In this document: positions 9,234 through 19,265 of the stretch, piece after piece
Layout of the letters: each line of letters begins with the position of its first letter
Numbering within the stretch: position 1 is the stretch's first letter
Virus record (IMG/VR): IMGVR_UViG_3300027747_004779
Location: 93,858-157,857 of that record
Source of the DNA: a virus
Strand: one strand, 5' to 3'
Length of the DNA stretch: 64,000 nt
Made by a program: the position numbers and the translations under genes
The notes under the pieces: model-generated
What the model was told of the DNA's origin: nothing
The model's input: the letters and a program-made list of their open reading frames with translations, nothing else
The model's database searches: none

Positions 9234-9671
9234 GTGAAGTATAATGACGTAATATTAGAAAGTCTAAAGAAAACAGCTTTAAAGCGTATTCGAATTAAAG
9301 TAGATCCTGCGCAAGTAAGTGCTGAAGCTGACTTTTCTAAAGTAGATGGTTATGAGGGATATGTATTAGAAGAAGGCAAAGGTCATTTAAAGATATTAGT
9401 TCTTTCACCAGAAATGTGTATACAAGATATACCGGAAGAGTTTATTGAAGCGCTAGCAGCAGAAGCAGATTATGATTCATTTTGCTGTTTTAAAGAATAT
9501 CTAATTAAGCATTTACTTAAGGATGGTAAAGTAATGAACGATCCGATAATCATACAAATAAATAATACAAGCTGCTTAAGTGATATTGAAGTTATTATTC
9601 GTCAATGTGGGTATACCGGAGATAAACTAGCAGACTTATATAGAGGATTTTTAACAGATGAAGAAGCTTGA
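9234..9671 (+). CDS. hypothetical late protein
   Basis: Start moved to GTG 9234 (MKYNDVILE), 5 nt after ATAAATA at 9222-9228. Confidence 0.6.
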   Translation: MKYNDVILESLKKTALKRIRIKVDPAQVSAEADFSKVDGYEGYVLEEGKGHLKILVLSPEMCIQDIPEEFIEALAAEADYDSFCCFKEYLIKHLLKDGKVMNDPIIIQINNTSCLSDIEVIIRQCGYTGDKLADLYRGFLTDEEA

Positions 9672-10281
9672 ATTTAACGATCTTGTAAATGCTGTCCTTA
9701 ATGAAGATAATTTTCTTCAAAAAATAGGTAAAGGTGCAGCAAATTGGGCCTCAAAACCATCTAATTGGGTTGGAGCAGCTGCAGCAGCTGTAAATGCACC
9801 AAAAGCTATACACACTGCTGTAACGGGTAGAGGTCAAATAGGGAGAGGTTTGAACGCATTACAGGGTGCGTTGGCTAAAAGAGAGCAAAAAAAGGAAGAA
9901 GAGCGTAAAAAGCAAGAAAAAGATGCAAAGGGACAGAGGCCAACGAGAACAGCAACTGATACAAAGATAGAAGATTTTGATAAAGATGTTATAAAGACAC
10001 TTCTTGCAAAGTCAAAAACAGGAACGTCTGCAGCACAGCAAACAACAACGGGTACTGTACAAGCACCCGGGCAAGTAGCAGGGGGCACTGCAACACCGAC
10101 TTCTGCTAGCGGGACAAGTTCCGGAGCAGTATCGGCTCCGATAACGCAATCACCTTCCGCGACTCAAAGAGATCCTAAAGAAGGCGATGTATTTGCTTTA
10201 GTTGGAAAATACGGTCGTGTAAAAAGATATCAGGTTAAAAAAATAGATGGAAACATTGTAAGTGCAGCACCCATGATATAA
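9658..10281 (+). CDS. putative internal head protein, low complexity
   Basis: MKKLEFNDLVNAVLNE; A/G/T-rich body. Confidence 0.55.
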   Translation: MKKLEFNDLVNAVLNEDNFLQKIGKGAANWASKPSNWVGAAAAAVNAPKAIHTAVTGRGQIGRGLNALQGALAKREQKKEEERKKQEKDAKGQRPTRTATDTKIEDFDKDVIKTLLAKSKTGTSAAQQTTTGTVQAPGQVAGGTATPTSASGTSSGAVSAPITQSPSATQRDPKEGDVFALVGKYGRVKRYQVKKIDGNIVSAAPMI

Positions 10282-10284
10282 ATA
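10277..10284 (+). promoter_or_regulatory. T4-type late promoter TATAAATA
   Basis: Exact consensus 5 nt before ATG 10290; representative of more than 20 (A)TAAATA sites in the window. Confidence 0.8.
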
Positions 10285-10289
10285 CTAGT

Positions 10290-10484
10290 ATGCCATCAAA
10301 ATCTGAAAAACAAAGAAAATTCTTTGGTGCCGTAATGAGTGCTAAAAAAGGTGCTAAAGGTGTAACTGGCGCGGCAAAAAAAGCTGCTAAAGAAATGCCA
10401 GAAAAAAAAATTAAAAAATTCCTTAAAAAAGAATCATTTGACAGCACGGTTAATAATATATTAAAAGGTCTTTATAATGTCTGA
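10290..10484 (+). CDS. small basic phage protein (MPxKSxxQ-type)
   Basis: MPSKSEKQRKFFGAV; late promoter. Confidence 0.65.
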   Translation: MPSKSEKQRKFFGAVMSAKKGAKGVTGAAKKAAKEMPEKKIKKFLKKESFDSTVNNILKGLYNV

Positions 10485-10638
10485 AATACCAGCATATCTC
10501 CAGAAAAGAGGCTTTTTAATTATTGACTCGAATAATAAAGTTTTACTCGACGAAAAGCTTTATCCTCTTATCTTTAACAGTAAAGAGGCGGCCGATTCGT
10601 ATATAAAAGAAAATAATATTATTGGAACTGTAAAATAA
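10477..10638 (+). CDS. hypothetical 53-aa protein
   Basis: Hand-translated MSEIPAYLQKRGFLIID...GTVK; overlaps the upstream stop. Confidence 0.45.
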   Translation: MSEIPAYLQKRGFLIIDSNNKVLLDEKLYPLIFNSKEAADSYIKENNIIGTVK

Positions 10639-10716
10639 CAGTTGATTTTTAAAAAAATATCCTTATAATAATACAGGATATAGAAAAGACAGTTACTACA
10701 CATTCTTTGTTGTTAG

Positions 10717-10745
10717 TTGATATAGTAGTTAACTAGGTATATAAT
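10717..10745 (+). promoter_or_regulatory. sigma70-type promoter of queD
   Basis: TTGATA-17nt-TATAAT, ending 6 nt before ATG 10752. Confidence 0.7.
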
Positions 10746-10751
10746 AAAAAT

Positions 10752-11417
10752 ATGAAATACGAGAGTACAAAGATAATTGAATTAGGTAGCTGTGCATTTA
10801 GACAATGGAAAGCTGATAGTCATTGCAAATTTATACATGGATATAGATTAGTAGCTAAATTTTGGTTTGCATGCAATTATTTAGATGAAAAAAATTGGGT
10901 AGTAGATTTTGGTGGGTTAAAAGGTCTTAAGCAAGTTTTGGAGAAACAGTTTGATCATACATTATGTATTGCAGCAGATGACCCTTTACTTGAAGTGTTT
11001 AAACAGCTACATTCAACAGGAGGATGTGATTTGAGAGTTATGTCTAAAGGTGTTGGAATTGAAAGAACTGCGGAATGGTGTTTTGATGTAGCTGATGGGC
11101 ATGTAAGAGGTATTACAAATAATAGATGTTGGGTCGAAAAGGTAGAAGTATGGGAACATGATAAAAATTCTGCTATTGTTTCTTTTAGTACTACGGCTGA
11201 AGTTCACCAATCGATTGGTGAGACGGTTGCAACAACAATACAAGCACCAATAAATCAAGTTAGAGACTTTTTAGAGGATGTAGCAGAAGAGACAGGTGTT
11301 AATGTTTCTAATGTACTCAAGAATGCACCTCCAACAGAGTCTCAGGCTGCGCGTGTAGGCAATAAGATAACAACAGGTTATGCAAACTTATTTGGCGGTA
11401 CAAGCTGGGGTCAGTAA
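10752..11417 (+). CDS. queD: 6-carboxytetrahydropterin synthase with C-terminal extension
   Basis: HCKFIHGY, VVDFG, FDHT, E..AE, VEVWE. Confidence 0.9.
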   Translation: MKYESTKIIELGSCAFRQWKADSHCKFIHGYRLVAKFWFACNYLDEKNWVVDFGGLKGLKQVLEKQFDHTLCIAADDPLLEVFKQLHSTGGCDLRVMSKGVGIERTAEWCFDVADGHVRGITNNRCWVEKVEVWEHDKNSAIVSFSTTAEVHQSIGETVATTIQAPINQVRDFLEDVAEETGVNVSNVLKNAPPTESQAARVGNKITTGYANLFGGTSWGQ

Positions 11418-11593
11418 TGGATGCTGAAACAAAGCAGCAACTTTATGGCGGTGAAATAACCGATTTTTTACCAAAACCTCAAGAGAAGGAATTAAAAGAC
11501 GATTATAAAGCAATTGAGAATATATATCTTAATTTAAAGAAAAAATCATTTGGTCTTGATACCGGCGATAACTTTAACAATAAACTTAAGTAA
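11417..11593 (+). CDS. hypothetical 58-aa protein
   Basis: TAATG coupling to queD; overlaps the phoH 3' end. Confidence 0.35.
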   Translation: MDAETKQQLYGGEITDFLPKPQEKELKDDYKAIENIYLNLKKKSFGLDTGDNFNNKLK

Positions 11594-12286
11594 CTTACTT
11601 CTCGTTATATCTTCTTCTGTAAAGTGAAAAGTCTGAATACCGTTTTCCCTGCTTACATCTGTATCAAATGCTTTCATAATATTTGCAAAACCTGATTTTT
11701 GAATATCAGATTGCAAGGAATCACCTATAACAAATAATTTACAATTTTTACCAAATCGCGTAAGAATAGTAACTAATTCGCTATGCTCGAGATTTTGAGC
11801 TTCATCTACTATTACCACATTATTCATAAACGTTGCACCGCGTAGAAAATTTACCGGTATACTTTTTAAATAATCGCTTTGAAATAACATTTCTGTAATT
11901 TGTTTTCCAACCAGTTCATCGCATTTCTCAATTAACGGAATACTCCATGGTTTAAATTTTTCATCTACTTCTCCGGGTAGACTGCCTAGTTTACGCGTTG
12001 CAGATTCAACAATACTTCTAATGTATACAATCTCGTCTATTTTTTTATCTCTAAGCATACTAAGAGCAACAAATACAGCCAGATAGGTTTTTGATGAGCC
12101 TGCAGGTCCATCACAAAAGATAATTTGTGAAGCATCATCTATAGCTTTTTCAACAAAGGCTTTATGATGTTCGTTTAAATGAAATTTCTGGTCAATTTTA
12201 AAGTTAAGAAAGATATCATTCTTAATAATACCGTTCTCATCTTTAGCTTTGGCAGCTTTTTTAAGCTGTCTGTCTTTTTTTGACAT
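11546..12286 (-). CDS. phoH: PhoH-like ATPase
   Basis: GPAGSSKT, LPG, FLRGATF, DEAQN, GDSLQSD. Confidence 0.93.
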   Translation of the reverse strand: MSKKDRQLKKAAKAKDENGIIKNDIFLNFKIDQKFHLNEHHKAFVEKAIDDASQIIFCDGPAGSSKTYLAVFVALSMLRDKKIDEIVYIRSIVESATRKLGSLPGEVDEKFKPWSIPLIEKCDELVGKQITEMLFQSDYLKSIPVNFLRGATFMNNVVIVDEAQNLEHSELVTILTRFGKNCKLFVIGDSLQSDIQKSGFANIMKAFDTDVSRENGIQTFHFTEEDITRSKLLKFIVKVIAGIKTK

Positions 12287-12338
12287 CTATATATATTTAT
12301 TCTGGATAATCTTCTTTTGTAACATATAATAATAATAA

Positions 12339-13292
12339 ATGAACATTGTTGTTACTGGTGGCTTGGGGTTTATTGGCTCGCATTTAATTGAGGTTCTTTT
12401 AGAAAAAACAGATGCAGATATACATTGTTTAGATAATGAAACATATGCAGCAGATCTTGTTTTTAAGGGTAAAACGAGTCATAATAATAGAGTATTTTTT
12501 CACAGGGTAGATGTAGCTAAGAGCGATCAAATTAAATTTGTTTCACCTTATTTAAATGATATTGATTATGTGATTCACTTAGCAGCTGAATCGCATGTGG
12601 ATAATAGTATAAATGGACCTGAGATATTTGTTTTAACTAATGTCCTCGGTACCTTTAATATGCTAGAGTTCGCTAAGAGAAAGAATGTCCGGAGATTTGT
12701 ACACGTCAGTACAGATGAAGTTTATGGCTCTATTAATACTCTAGAGCAACAAGCTTTTTTAGAATCTACAATACTTGATCCAAGCTCTGTTTATTCCTCT
12801 ACTAAAGCATCCTCTGATCTTATTGTAAAAAGCTATAATAGGACATATAATTTAGATGTTTGTATTACAAGATGCTGTAATAATTATGGACCGAGACAGA
12901 ACAAAGAGAAACTACTACCAAAATTAATAACCAATGCTTTAACCGATCAGCAAATACCTGTTTATGGTAATGGTCAAAATGTAAGAGAATGGATATATGT
13001 TGTAGATCATTGTAACGCGATTTTATCTATATTGAATAAGGGTAAAACAGGCGAAATATACAATATAGGAACAGGGTGTACAATTTCAAATATAGATCTA
13101 GTAAAACGTGTACTTAACAAATTAGACAAAAAAGATGATCTCATAACATATGTTGAGGATAGAAAGGGCCACGATTTAAAATATGAGATTAACTCTAATA
13201 AACTAAGAACAGAGCTTAATTGGCAGCCTGAGGTTGATTTTTTTGACAGTGGATTAGATTTAACTATTGATTATTATAAAAATACGCTATAA
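12339..13292 (+). CDS. rfbB: dTDP-glucose 4,6-dehydratase
   Basis: TGGLGFIG, HLAAESHVD, STDEVYG, YSSTK, NNYGPRQ, DRKGHD. Confidence 0.93.
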   Translation: MNIVVTGGLGFIGSHLIEVLLEKTDADIHCLDNETYAADLVFKGKTSHNNRVFFHRVDVAKSDQIKFVSPYLNDIDYVIHLAAESHVDNSINGPEIFVLTNVLGTFNMLEFAKRKNVRRFVHVSTDEVYGSINTLEQQAFLESTILDPSSVYSSTKASSDLIVKSYNRTYNLDVCITRCCNNYGPRQNKEKLLPKLITNALTDQQIPVYGNGQNVREWIYVVDHCNAILSILNKGKTGEIYNIGTGCTISNIDLVKRVLNKLDKKDDLITYVEDRKGHDLKYEINSNKLRTELNWQPEVDFFDSGLDLTIDYYKNTL

Positions 13293-13301
13293 TAAAGGCT
13301 A

Positions 13302-14039
13302 ATGAACGATAAGACTATTTTTTTGAGTGACGATAAACTCTTTTATACCCTCGAGGGTGAAGGTGAATATGTAGGATATCCTTCTGTGTTTATGCGTCTC
13401 TCTATGTGTAACTTGACATGTAAAGGCTTTGCATCTGCAGATTCGCCTAATGGTTGTGATAGCTTTATTAGCTGGTCGGTGAAAAATAGAATGACTTTTG
13501 ATCAAGTATTTGACTATATGACACAACGCGGTTATCAATGTCATTTAAAGGACGGTGCTATTTGGAAGATTACTGGCGGCGAGCCGCTTATTCAGCAGAA
13601 AGCTCTTCTTGAACTTGTGGATCAATATATTTTTAGATTTGGATATATACCTAAGATTGACTTTGAAACTAATGCAACAATATTACCTGATCAACAATGG
13701 AAAGACTGGGGTGCTACTTTTACTACATCACCTAAGCTTAGCAATAACGGCGACCCTGTTGAAAGGAGATATAAGCCCGAAGTTTTAAAATGGCATGCTC
13801 AAAACCGATCCGGATTTAAATTTGTAGTCAGTAGTGAGGATGAAGTAAAAGAAATTTTAGAAAAATATGTATATGAATGTAAAGTGCCAACAGATCGCAT
13901 TTGGCTTATGCCATGCTGTGGCAGTAGAGATGAACATACCGAAAAATGCCCGGGTGTCGCCGACTTATGTAAAAAACATAATCTTAAATTTAGTCCGAGA
14001 TTGCAGCTTGTAATTTGGAATAAAGCTCTTAAAGTATAA
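13302..14039 (+). CDS. queE: 7-carboxy-7-deazaguanine synthase (radical SAM)
   Basis: TLEGEG..G.PSVFMR, CNLTC...CDS, TGGEPL, ETN, SPK, PRLQ. Confidence 0.92.
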   Translation: MNDKTIFLSDDKLFYTLEGEGEYVGYPSVFMRLSMCNLTCKGFASADSPNGCDSFISWSVKNRMTFDQVFDYMTQRGYQCHLKDGAIWKITGGEPLIQQKALLELVDQYIFRFGYIPKIDFETNATILPDQQWKDWGATFTTSPKLSNNGDPVERRYKPEVLKWHAQNRSGFKFVVSSEDEVKEILEKYVYECKVPTDRIWLMPCCGSRDEHTEKCPGVADLCKKHNLKFSPRLQLVIWNKALKV

Positions 14040-14040
14040 C

Positions 14041-14781
14041 ATGAGAATTGCAATATCAGGCACAGCATGTCAGGGCAAGTCGACATTTATTAATGATTTT
14101 ATCAAATATTGGCCTGCATATAGTCGATCGCAGGAATCATACAGGAAAGTTCTTAAAGACGAAAAACTTAATATTAATAAAAAAGTTGATAAAGAGGGGC
14201 AATGGAAAATTTTAAATTGTTTAATTGATGATATTCAAAAAACAGAAAAAGGAGATAAGATTTTATTTGATAGATGTCCGCTAGATAACCTTGTATATTC
14301 ATTATGGAGTGAAGAAAAACAAACTTCAGATATTGATAAAAAATTTATTGATAAATGTATACCGCTTGTACAAGAGAGTATGCGTGCAATTGATATTATT
14401 CTTTTTATACCTATTACAAGAGCTGCACCGGTTAAGCTTGAAATAAAAGAGAATAGAGAGCTTGATAAGGAATTTATTGAAGAGATAGATAATATTTTTA
14501 AAGCCATAGCACGTAATTTAATGTCTAAAGGGGTCTGTCCATTTATGAAAGAAGATGATAGACCTCCTATGATAGAAGTCTTTGGTAACCCTGAACAACG
14601 CGTTGAAATGTGTAAACTTTATATTGATAATCAAGGAGATCTCATTGATGAAGGTAAAAGTATTCTTGATGCAGATAACTTAAGTAAGATGGAGCAACTT
14701 TTAAATATGCAGAAAGGCATTTTAAAAGATGAAAAATTAGAAGCAGCTATTGCAAATAGAATCATTACTGGCCATAAATAA
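14041..14781 (+). CDS. P-loop nucleotide kinase-like protein
   Basis: ISGTACQGKST, DRCPLD; 1 nt after queE. Confidence 0.7.
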   Translation: MRIAISGTACQGKSTFINDFIKYWPAYSRSQESYRKVLKDEKLNINKKVDKEGQWKILNCLIDDIQKTEKGDKILFDRCPLDNLVYSLWSEEKQTSDIDKKFIDKCIPLVQESMRAIDIILFIPITRAAPVKLEIKENRELDKEFIEEIDNIFKAIARNLMSKGVCPFMKEDDRPPMIEVFGNPEQRVEMCKLYIDNQGDLIDEGKSILDADNLSKMEQLLNMQKGILKDEKLEAAIANRIITGHK

Positions 14782-14785
14782 TAAC

Positions 14786-14998
14786 ATGGCACAGTTTAAT
14801 GATAAGTATGAAGAGCTTTTAGAAAGCTTTAAATACATTAAAACAGTTAAAAGAGAGTTTTATCCTAAAAACTTTAGGCTATCAGAAACGTTTGTTAAAG
14901 CTTTTAGAGCAGAATATAAGCGCTTACTTGATGAAGGTATTCATCCTCGCAAAGCTTTAATTAAGCTTAATAAAGCGCTCTTGTTTCACTCAAATTGA
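14786..14998 (+). CDS. small late protein
   Basis: Start moved to ATG 14786 (MAQFNDKYEELLE), 5 nt after ATAAATA. Confidence 0.6.
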   Translation: MAQFNDKYEELLESFKYIKTVKREFYPKNFRLSETFVKAFRAEYKRLLDEGIHPRKALIKLNKALLFHSN

Positions 14999-15700
14999 TT
15001 CTGAGTAAAAGATGCGCCAGAGTAGCGGAGTATCATAACGCACTCTATAGCCAGTATTGACAGTAAAAACTAAATTATCAAAATTAGCTCCTCTAACATC
15101 GCGACTAATATCAAAAGCGTATGGGGCACCAGAAAGAGCATTTTGTGGCATGAAACGAAAATGGTATGATTTTAAATCCGCAACATTAACTCTTGGATAT
15201 TTGATAAAAAAGCCTGATACAATACATTTTCTAGAATCTGTGTTTTGTAAAATAGTAAAAGGGTCCGGATTACTAATAAGACCGCCCGAAGCTATTGGTG
15301 TGTTATTTGATACATCAACAATATATTTGTATAAGCTATTTTGATATGCCGTAAGTGCAGGTAAAATTGTACCTGTTAATGTTTTAAACTCTAATGACCC
15401 TATAGCACTAAATGCGCTTGTAATTAACCCACCGTTAACGGTAAGTTTATTATATGATCCTGGTCCCGACCAGACACCTGAAAGGCCATTAAGACTGTAA
15501 TTTTTACTCGATATAAGTGTTGTGGCAGAAACTTTTGAAAAAAAACTATCGCTACCTGTTAAATTACCAAACACTGTAGCGTTTTTATTTGCATCCGTCT
15601 TTACAACGTTAAAATTTTCGAAATCTATTGTTTTAGTATAATTACTTGATTGAATGACAAGTAAATCGCCATTATTCACAATCGAAATTTGCGTACGCAT
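14990..15700 (-). CDS. virion/fibre-like protein, paralog of 15705..16424
   Basis: Shared GDLL.IQ...TIDF.NFNVVKTDA, GGL.TSA and GYRV....PL.WR motifs. Confidence 0.6.
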   Translation of the reverse strand: MRTQISIVNNGDLLVIQSSNYTKTIDFENFNVVKTDANKNATVFGNLTGSDSFFSKVSATTLISSKNYSLNGLSGVWSGPGSYNKLTVNGGLITSAFSAIGSLEFKTLTGTILPALTAYQNSLYKYIVDVSNNTPIASGGLISNPDPFTILQNTDSRKCIVSGFFIKYPRVNVADLKSYHFRFMPQNALSGAPYAFDISRDVRGANFDNLVFTVNTGYRVRYDTPLLWRIFYSESI

Positions 15701-15704
15701 TTAA

Positions 15705-16424
15705 TTATGTTGTTGTATATGTATACAACAATCTCCAATACAGAGGCGATTCTTCTTTAACTCGGTAGCCCGCATTTGCAGTAAATGTTAAACCATTTAA
15801 CCCATCGTTAAGAACATTAGTTACATATGGGCAGGTTGAAAGCGGTACTGTAGATGTGAGTAGAATATGTTGTGGTTGTATTGAGCCTGGCGATATATCA
15901 GGATGACGATTAAAGAACCCTGCAATGTTATATGCTTGTGAGACATTATTTGCATTAATTGTTACATAGCTTTGACCCGGATCGTTGCTTGATTCATCAA
16001 CAACAATTCTATATATAGTATTTTGAAAAGTAGTTAATGCTGGTAGAACAGTATTATTTATATATTGATATTCTGGAGACCCAAGCACATAAGATGCACT
16101 AGTAACCAGACCACCGGTAATTGTAAAGACGTTGTAATAACCAGCAGGCGCAAAAACACCCGCTTTATCATTAGCAGTAAAATTTAAGCTCGATACTGTT
16201 TCACTGCTCTTAATATTAGTAAAGTTACAACTACCACCAGAAAGACCACCCTCAACAGTAGCATTACCAGCAGCATCTGTCTTTACTACATTAAAATTTT
16301 GAAAATCTATTGTTTGAATACCGCTATCTGTTTGAATAAGCAACAGATCACCGTTAACTGCTTCTTGTGTTTGCGGTAAATCAGCTATATTAATACTATT
16401 ACTATTTGAAGAGGTAATTGCCAT
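15705..16424 (-). CDS. virion/fibre-like protein with N-terminal anchor motif
   Basis: TATAAATA on the minus strand at 16431-16438; INIADLP...GDLLLI resembles the anchor of the 56849-63215 array. Confidence 0.6.
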   Translation of the reverse strand: MAITSSNSNSINIADLPQTQEAVNGDLLLIQTDSGIQTIDFQNFNVVKTDAAGNATVEGGLSGGSCNFTNIKSSETVSSLNFTANDKAGVFAPAGYYNVFTITGGLVTSASYVLGSPEYQYINNTVLPALTTFQNTIYRIVVDESSNDPGQSYVTINANNVSQAYNIAGFFNRHPDISPGSIQPQHILLTSTVPLSTCPYVTNVLNDGLNGLTFTANAGYRVKEESPLYWRLLYTYTTT

Positions 16425-16451
16425 TTCTTTTATTTATACTAATATATCTGA

Positions 16452-17254
16452 ATATGCAAAAGATTGGAGTAGGTATAGTCACTTGTAATCGACCCAAATT
16501 TTTCTTAAAATGCTTTAAATCTATACCACAAAACGTTGAACTTGTAGTTGTTAACGATGGCGCTGATTTTGAAGACATTATAAAACTGCACAACATACGT
16601 AAATTTGAATACATGCATAACAAGGAAAACCTTGGTGTTGGTAAAACGAAGAATAAAGCTTTAAAATATCTTCTCGAACAGAATTGCGATCACATTTTTC
16701 TTATTGAAGATGATATTATTATTAAAGACTCCACTGTTTTTGACAAATATATAGAAGCACGAAATATAACAGGAATACAGCATTTTAATTTTGGTTATCA
16801 CGGACCAGCTAATAAAAACAATATATCCGGTGGTAAGCCATGTCCGCGGTTTATTGTTGACTATGGTAGTATAAAGATAGCTATTAACTCTGCCAGTGTT
16901 GGCGCTTTTTGCTATTACACACGCGAGGTACTTGAAGAAGTTGGCCTGATTGATGATGATTTTCTTAACGCGTTTGATCATGTAGATCATGATTATAGAA
17001 TACATAAAGCCGGCTATACGACACCTTATTGGAATTGGCCAGATCTTGCTAATAGTATGGACTATCTAGACGAAATTGAATGTTCAGAAAAGAGTAGCGC
17101 AATAAGACCAAGAAAAGATTGGCAAGAAAATTTTACAAAAGGAGCTGAATGTTTTAGGAAAAAACACGGGTATATGCCTGCATGGCAAGGTTGTGTACCA
17201 GATACATCAAAAGAAGACGTTATTAAGTTTCTTAAATCAATAAAACCAAAATGA
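16452..17254 (+). CDS. glycosyltransferase family 2
   Basis: GIVTCNR, VVNDG, NLGVG, IEDD; likely start MQKIG. Confidence 0.8.
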
Positions 17255-18000
17255 AAATAAGTTTATTAGTACCGAGTAGAGAGAGACTAAATCTGAAGCT
17301 AACACTTATAAGCTCAATTATTACTACCGTAAGCGATATTAATAATGTTGAGTTAGTTTTTGGTGTCGATGAAGATGATCCTAAGAGAGACATTGTTTAT
17401 AAAATTGCTCAAGCAATACCGTTCGTACGTATTGTTGATATTAAGAATAATGGAAAGTTTATAGGTATAAATCGTATTTGGAATATTTTAGCAGCTAATA
17501 CAAATAATGAGCTTTTTGGCTACATAGGTGATGATATGATTTTTATGACACCTGATTGGGATAAAAAAATTCTTTTAGAATTTAACAAAACGCTTTGTCC
17601 TGCAGATAACATAAAACTTTTACATTGTTATGATGGACATCGTAATTTTGATGAAATTTGTGTTAATGCTTTTGTACATAGAAAATATTATGAAGTGCTT
17701 GGTTACTTTTGTAAAGAGGACTTTTTAATTAATTGGTCTGATCAATGGATGTATCAAACATTTAATGCATTTGGCAGGATAACTTACCGACGAGATATAC
17801 ATATACAGCATAATCATTGGATTTACGGGGGTAGAAAGAAAGATAATACTGCTGACAGAATGCTTTCAGATAATCATGATACAATAAGCGATCAACTTTG
17901 GCATGACTTAGCACCGGAGCGAGTTGAAGCAGTAAAAACTCTTAGTAAGTATCTTAATATATCTCCCGATTGGTCAAAAGTCGATTGCGGAAAAAAATAA
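17251..18000 (+). CDS. GT-A fold glycosyltransferase
   Basis: ISLLVPSR, VDEDD, GDDM, WSD. Confidence 0.75.
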   Translation: MKISLLVPSRERLNLKLTLISSIITTVSDINNVELVFGVDEDDPKRDIVYKIAQAIPFVRIVDIKNNGKFIGINRIWNILAANTNNELFGYIGDDMIFMTPDWDKKILLEFNKTLCPADNIKLLHCYDGHRNFDEICVNAFVHRKYYEVLGYFCKEDFLINWSDQWMYQTFNAFGRITYRRDIHIQHNHWIYGGRKKDNTADRMLSDNHDTISDQLWHDLAPERVEAVKTLSKYLNISPDWSKVDCGKK

Positions 18001-18003
18001 TCT

Positions 18004-18606
18004 ATGAGCAAACATTCACCGAAACCAAAATTATCAATTTTAATTCCGAGTACACCCAACCGTGTAGCTAATAAAATGCTTAAATTATTTACTAATCTTG
18101 AAGCGCAGGTTGCTAAGCTTGCTAACCCGGATGATGTCGAGCTGCTTGTATTTTTGGATAATAAGAGACGTTCAATTGGATTTAAACGCGAATCACTTCT
18201 TTATATAGCTCGTGGGGATTTTGTGGCATTTATGGATGATGACGACGTGGTGCATGATTTTTATATTGAAGAAGCTATTAAAGCTATTAATAGTAATCCT
18301 GATGTTGATGTGATAACGTTTAAAGAGTACGTTTATATAAACGATTCACCACGCTATGAACTTACATTTGAACTTGGATATCCAAAAAACGATTCTGTGC
18401 AAATACCGAATGCAAAGCGCCCGCCATGGCATTGCTGTTTTTGGAAGCGTAAACTAGCACAGAAATATCATTTTCCCGATCTTATGTATGGTGAAGATTG
18501 GGCTTGGGCCTCAGAAATTAATAAAGAAGCAAAAACAAGCTATCATATTGATAAGTTTATGCGCACATACATATATAATGATAAAGTTACAGAAGCTATT
18601 GAATGA
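18004..18606 (+). CDS. glycosyltransferase family 2
   Basis: LSILIP, ARGDFVAFMDDDD, GED. Confidence 0.8.
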   Translation: MSKHSPKPKLSILIPSTPNRVANKMLKLFTNLEAQVAKLANPDDVELLVFLDNKRRSIGFKRESLLYIARGDFVAFMDDDDVVHDFYIEEAIKAINSNPDVDVITFKEYVYINDSPRYELTFELGYPKNDSVQIPNAKRPPWHCCFWKRKLAQKYHFPDLMYGEDWAWASEINKEAKTSYHIDKFMRTYIYNDKVTEAIE

Positions 18607-18617
18607 GGTAACATAAG

Positions 18618-19265
18618 TTGCGCCTACAAGATTTAAATCAATATTTAAAAAATAAGTGTTGTCTTGAAATAGGCGGTCCAAGTCGACTACTTTTTTCACT
18701 CTATAGTGATGTTAATGCAATTTCATTTTTTAATTATAAAGTAGCTATGGATCGACATGCATCTGCTGAATGTCCCTCTAATACAACAAATACGTTTTTT
18801 GGCGATGCAACAGAAACAAAAGATTTTGTACAATTAAACAATCAGCAATTTGATACAATAATTTCCTCACATACCTTAGAACATATTGCAAATCCTGTTA
18901 AAGCTCTAAAGCTTTGGTATACGCATGGTAGCAATTGCGGTACCATAATTACAATAGTTCCAGAAAAACAGTGTTGCTGGGATCGCTCAAGAGATTATAC
19001 AACTAAAGAACATTTAATGGAAGATTATAATAATGATATAACAGAACAAGACATGACACATCTACATGAAGCTTCATGTATGCAAGAGTCAAGACCTACC
19101 TATTATAGTGATGTCGGTGATACCAATAATGCTAGAATTATACACCATCATACATTTTGTAGAGAGACCTTAATCGCAATTCATAAAGCTGCAGGATTTG
19201 AGGAAATATTCTGTAATAATCTGGAAGATGATAAATTACAATTAATTTATATAGGTAAAAAATGA
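18618..19265 (+). CDS. class I SAM-dependent methyltransferase
   Basis: LEIGGPS, GDAT, FD..SSHTLEHIANP. Confidence 0.75.
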   Translation: MRLQDLNQYLKNKCCLEIGGPSRLLFSLYSDVNAISFFNYKVAMDRHASAECPSNTTNTFFGDATETKDFVQLNNQQFDTIISSHTLEHIANPVKALKLWYTHGSNCGTIITIVPEKQCCWDRSRDYTTKEHLMEDYNNDITEQDMTHLHEASCMQESRPTYYSDVGDTNNARIIHHHTFCRETLIAIHKAAGFEEIFCNNLEDDKLQLIYIGKK

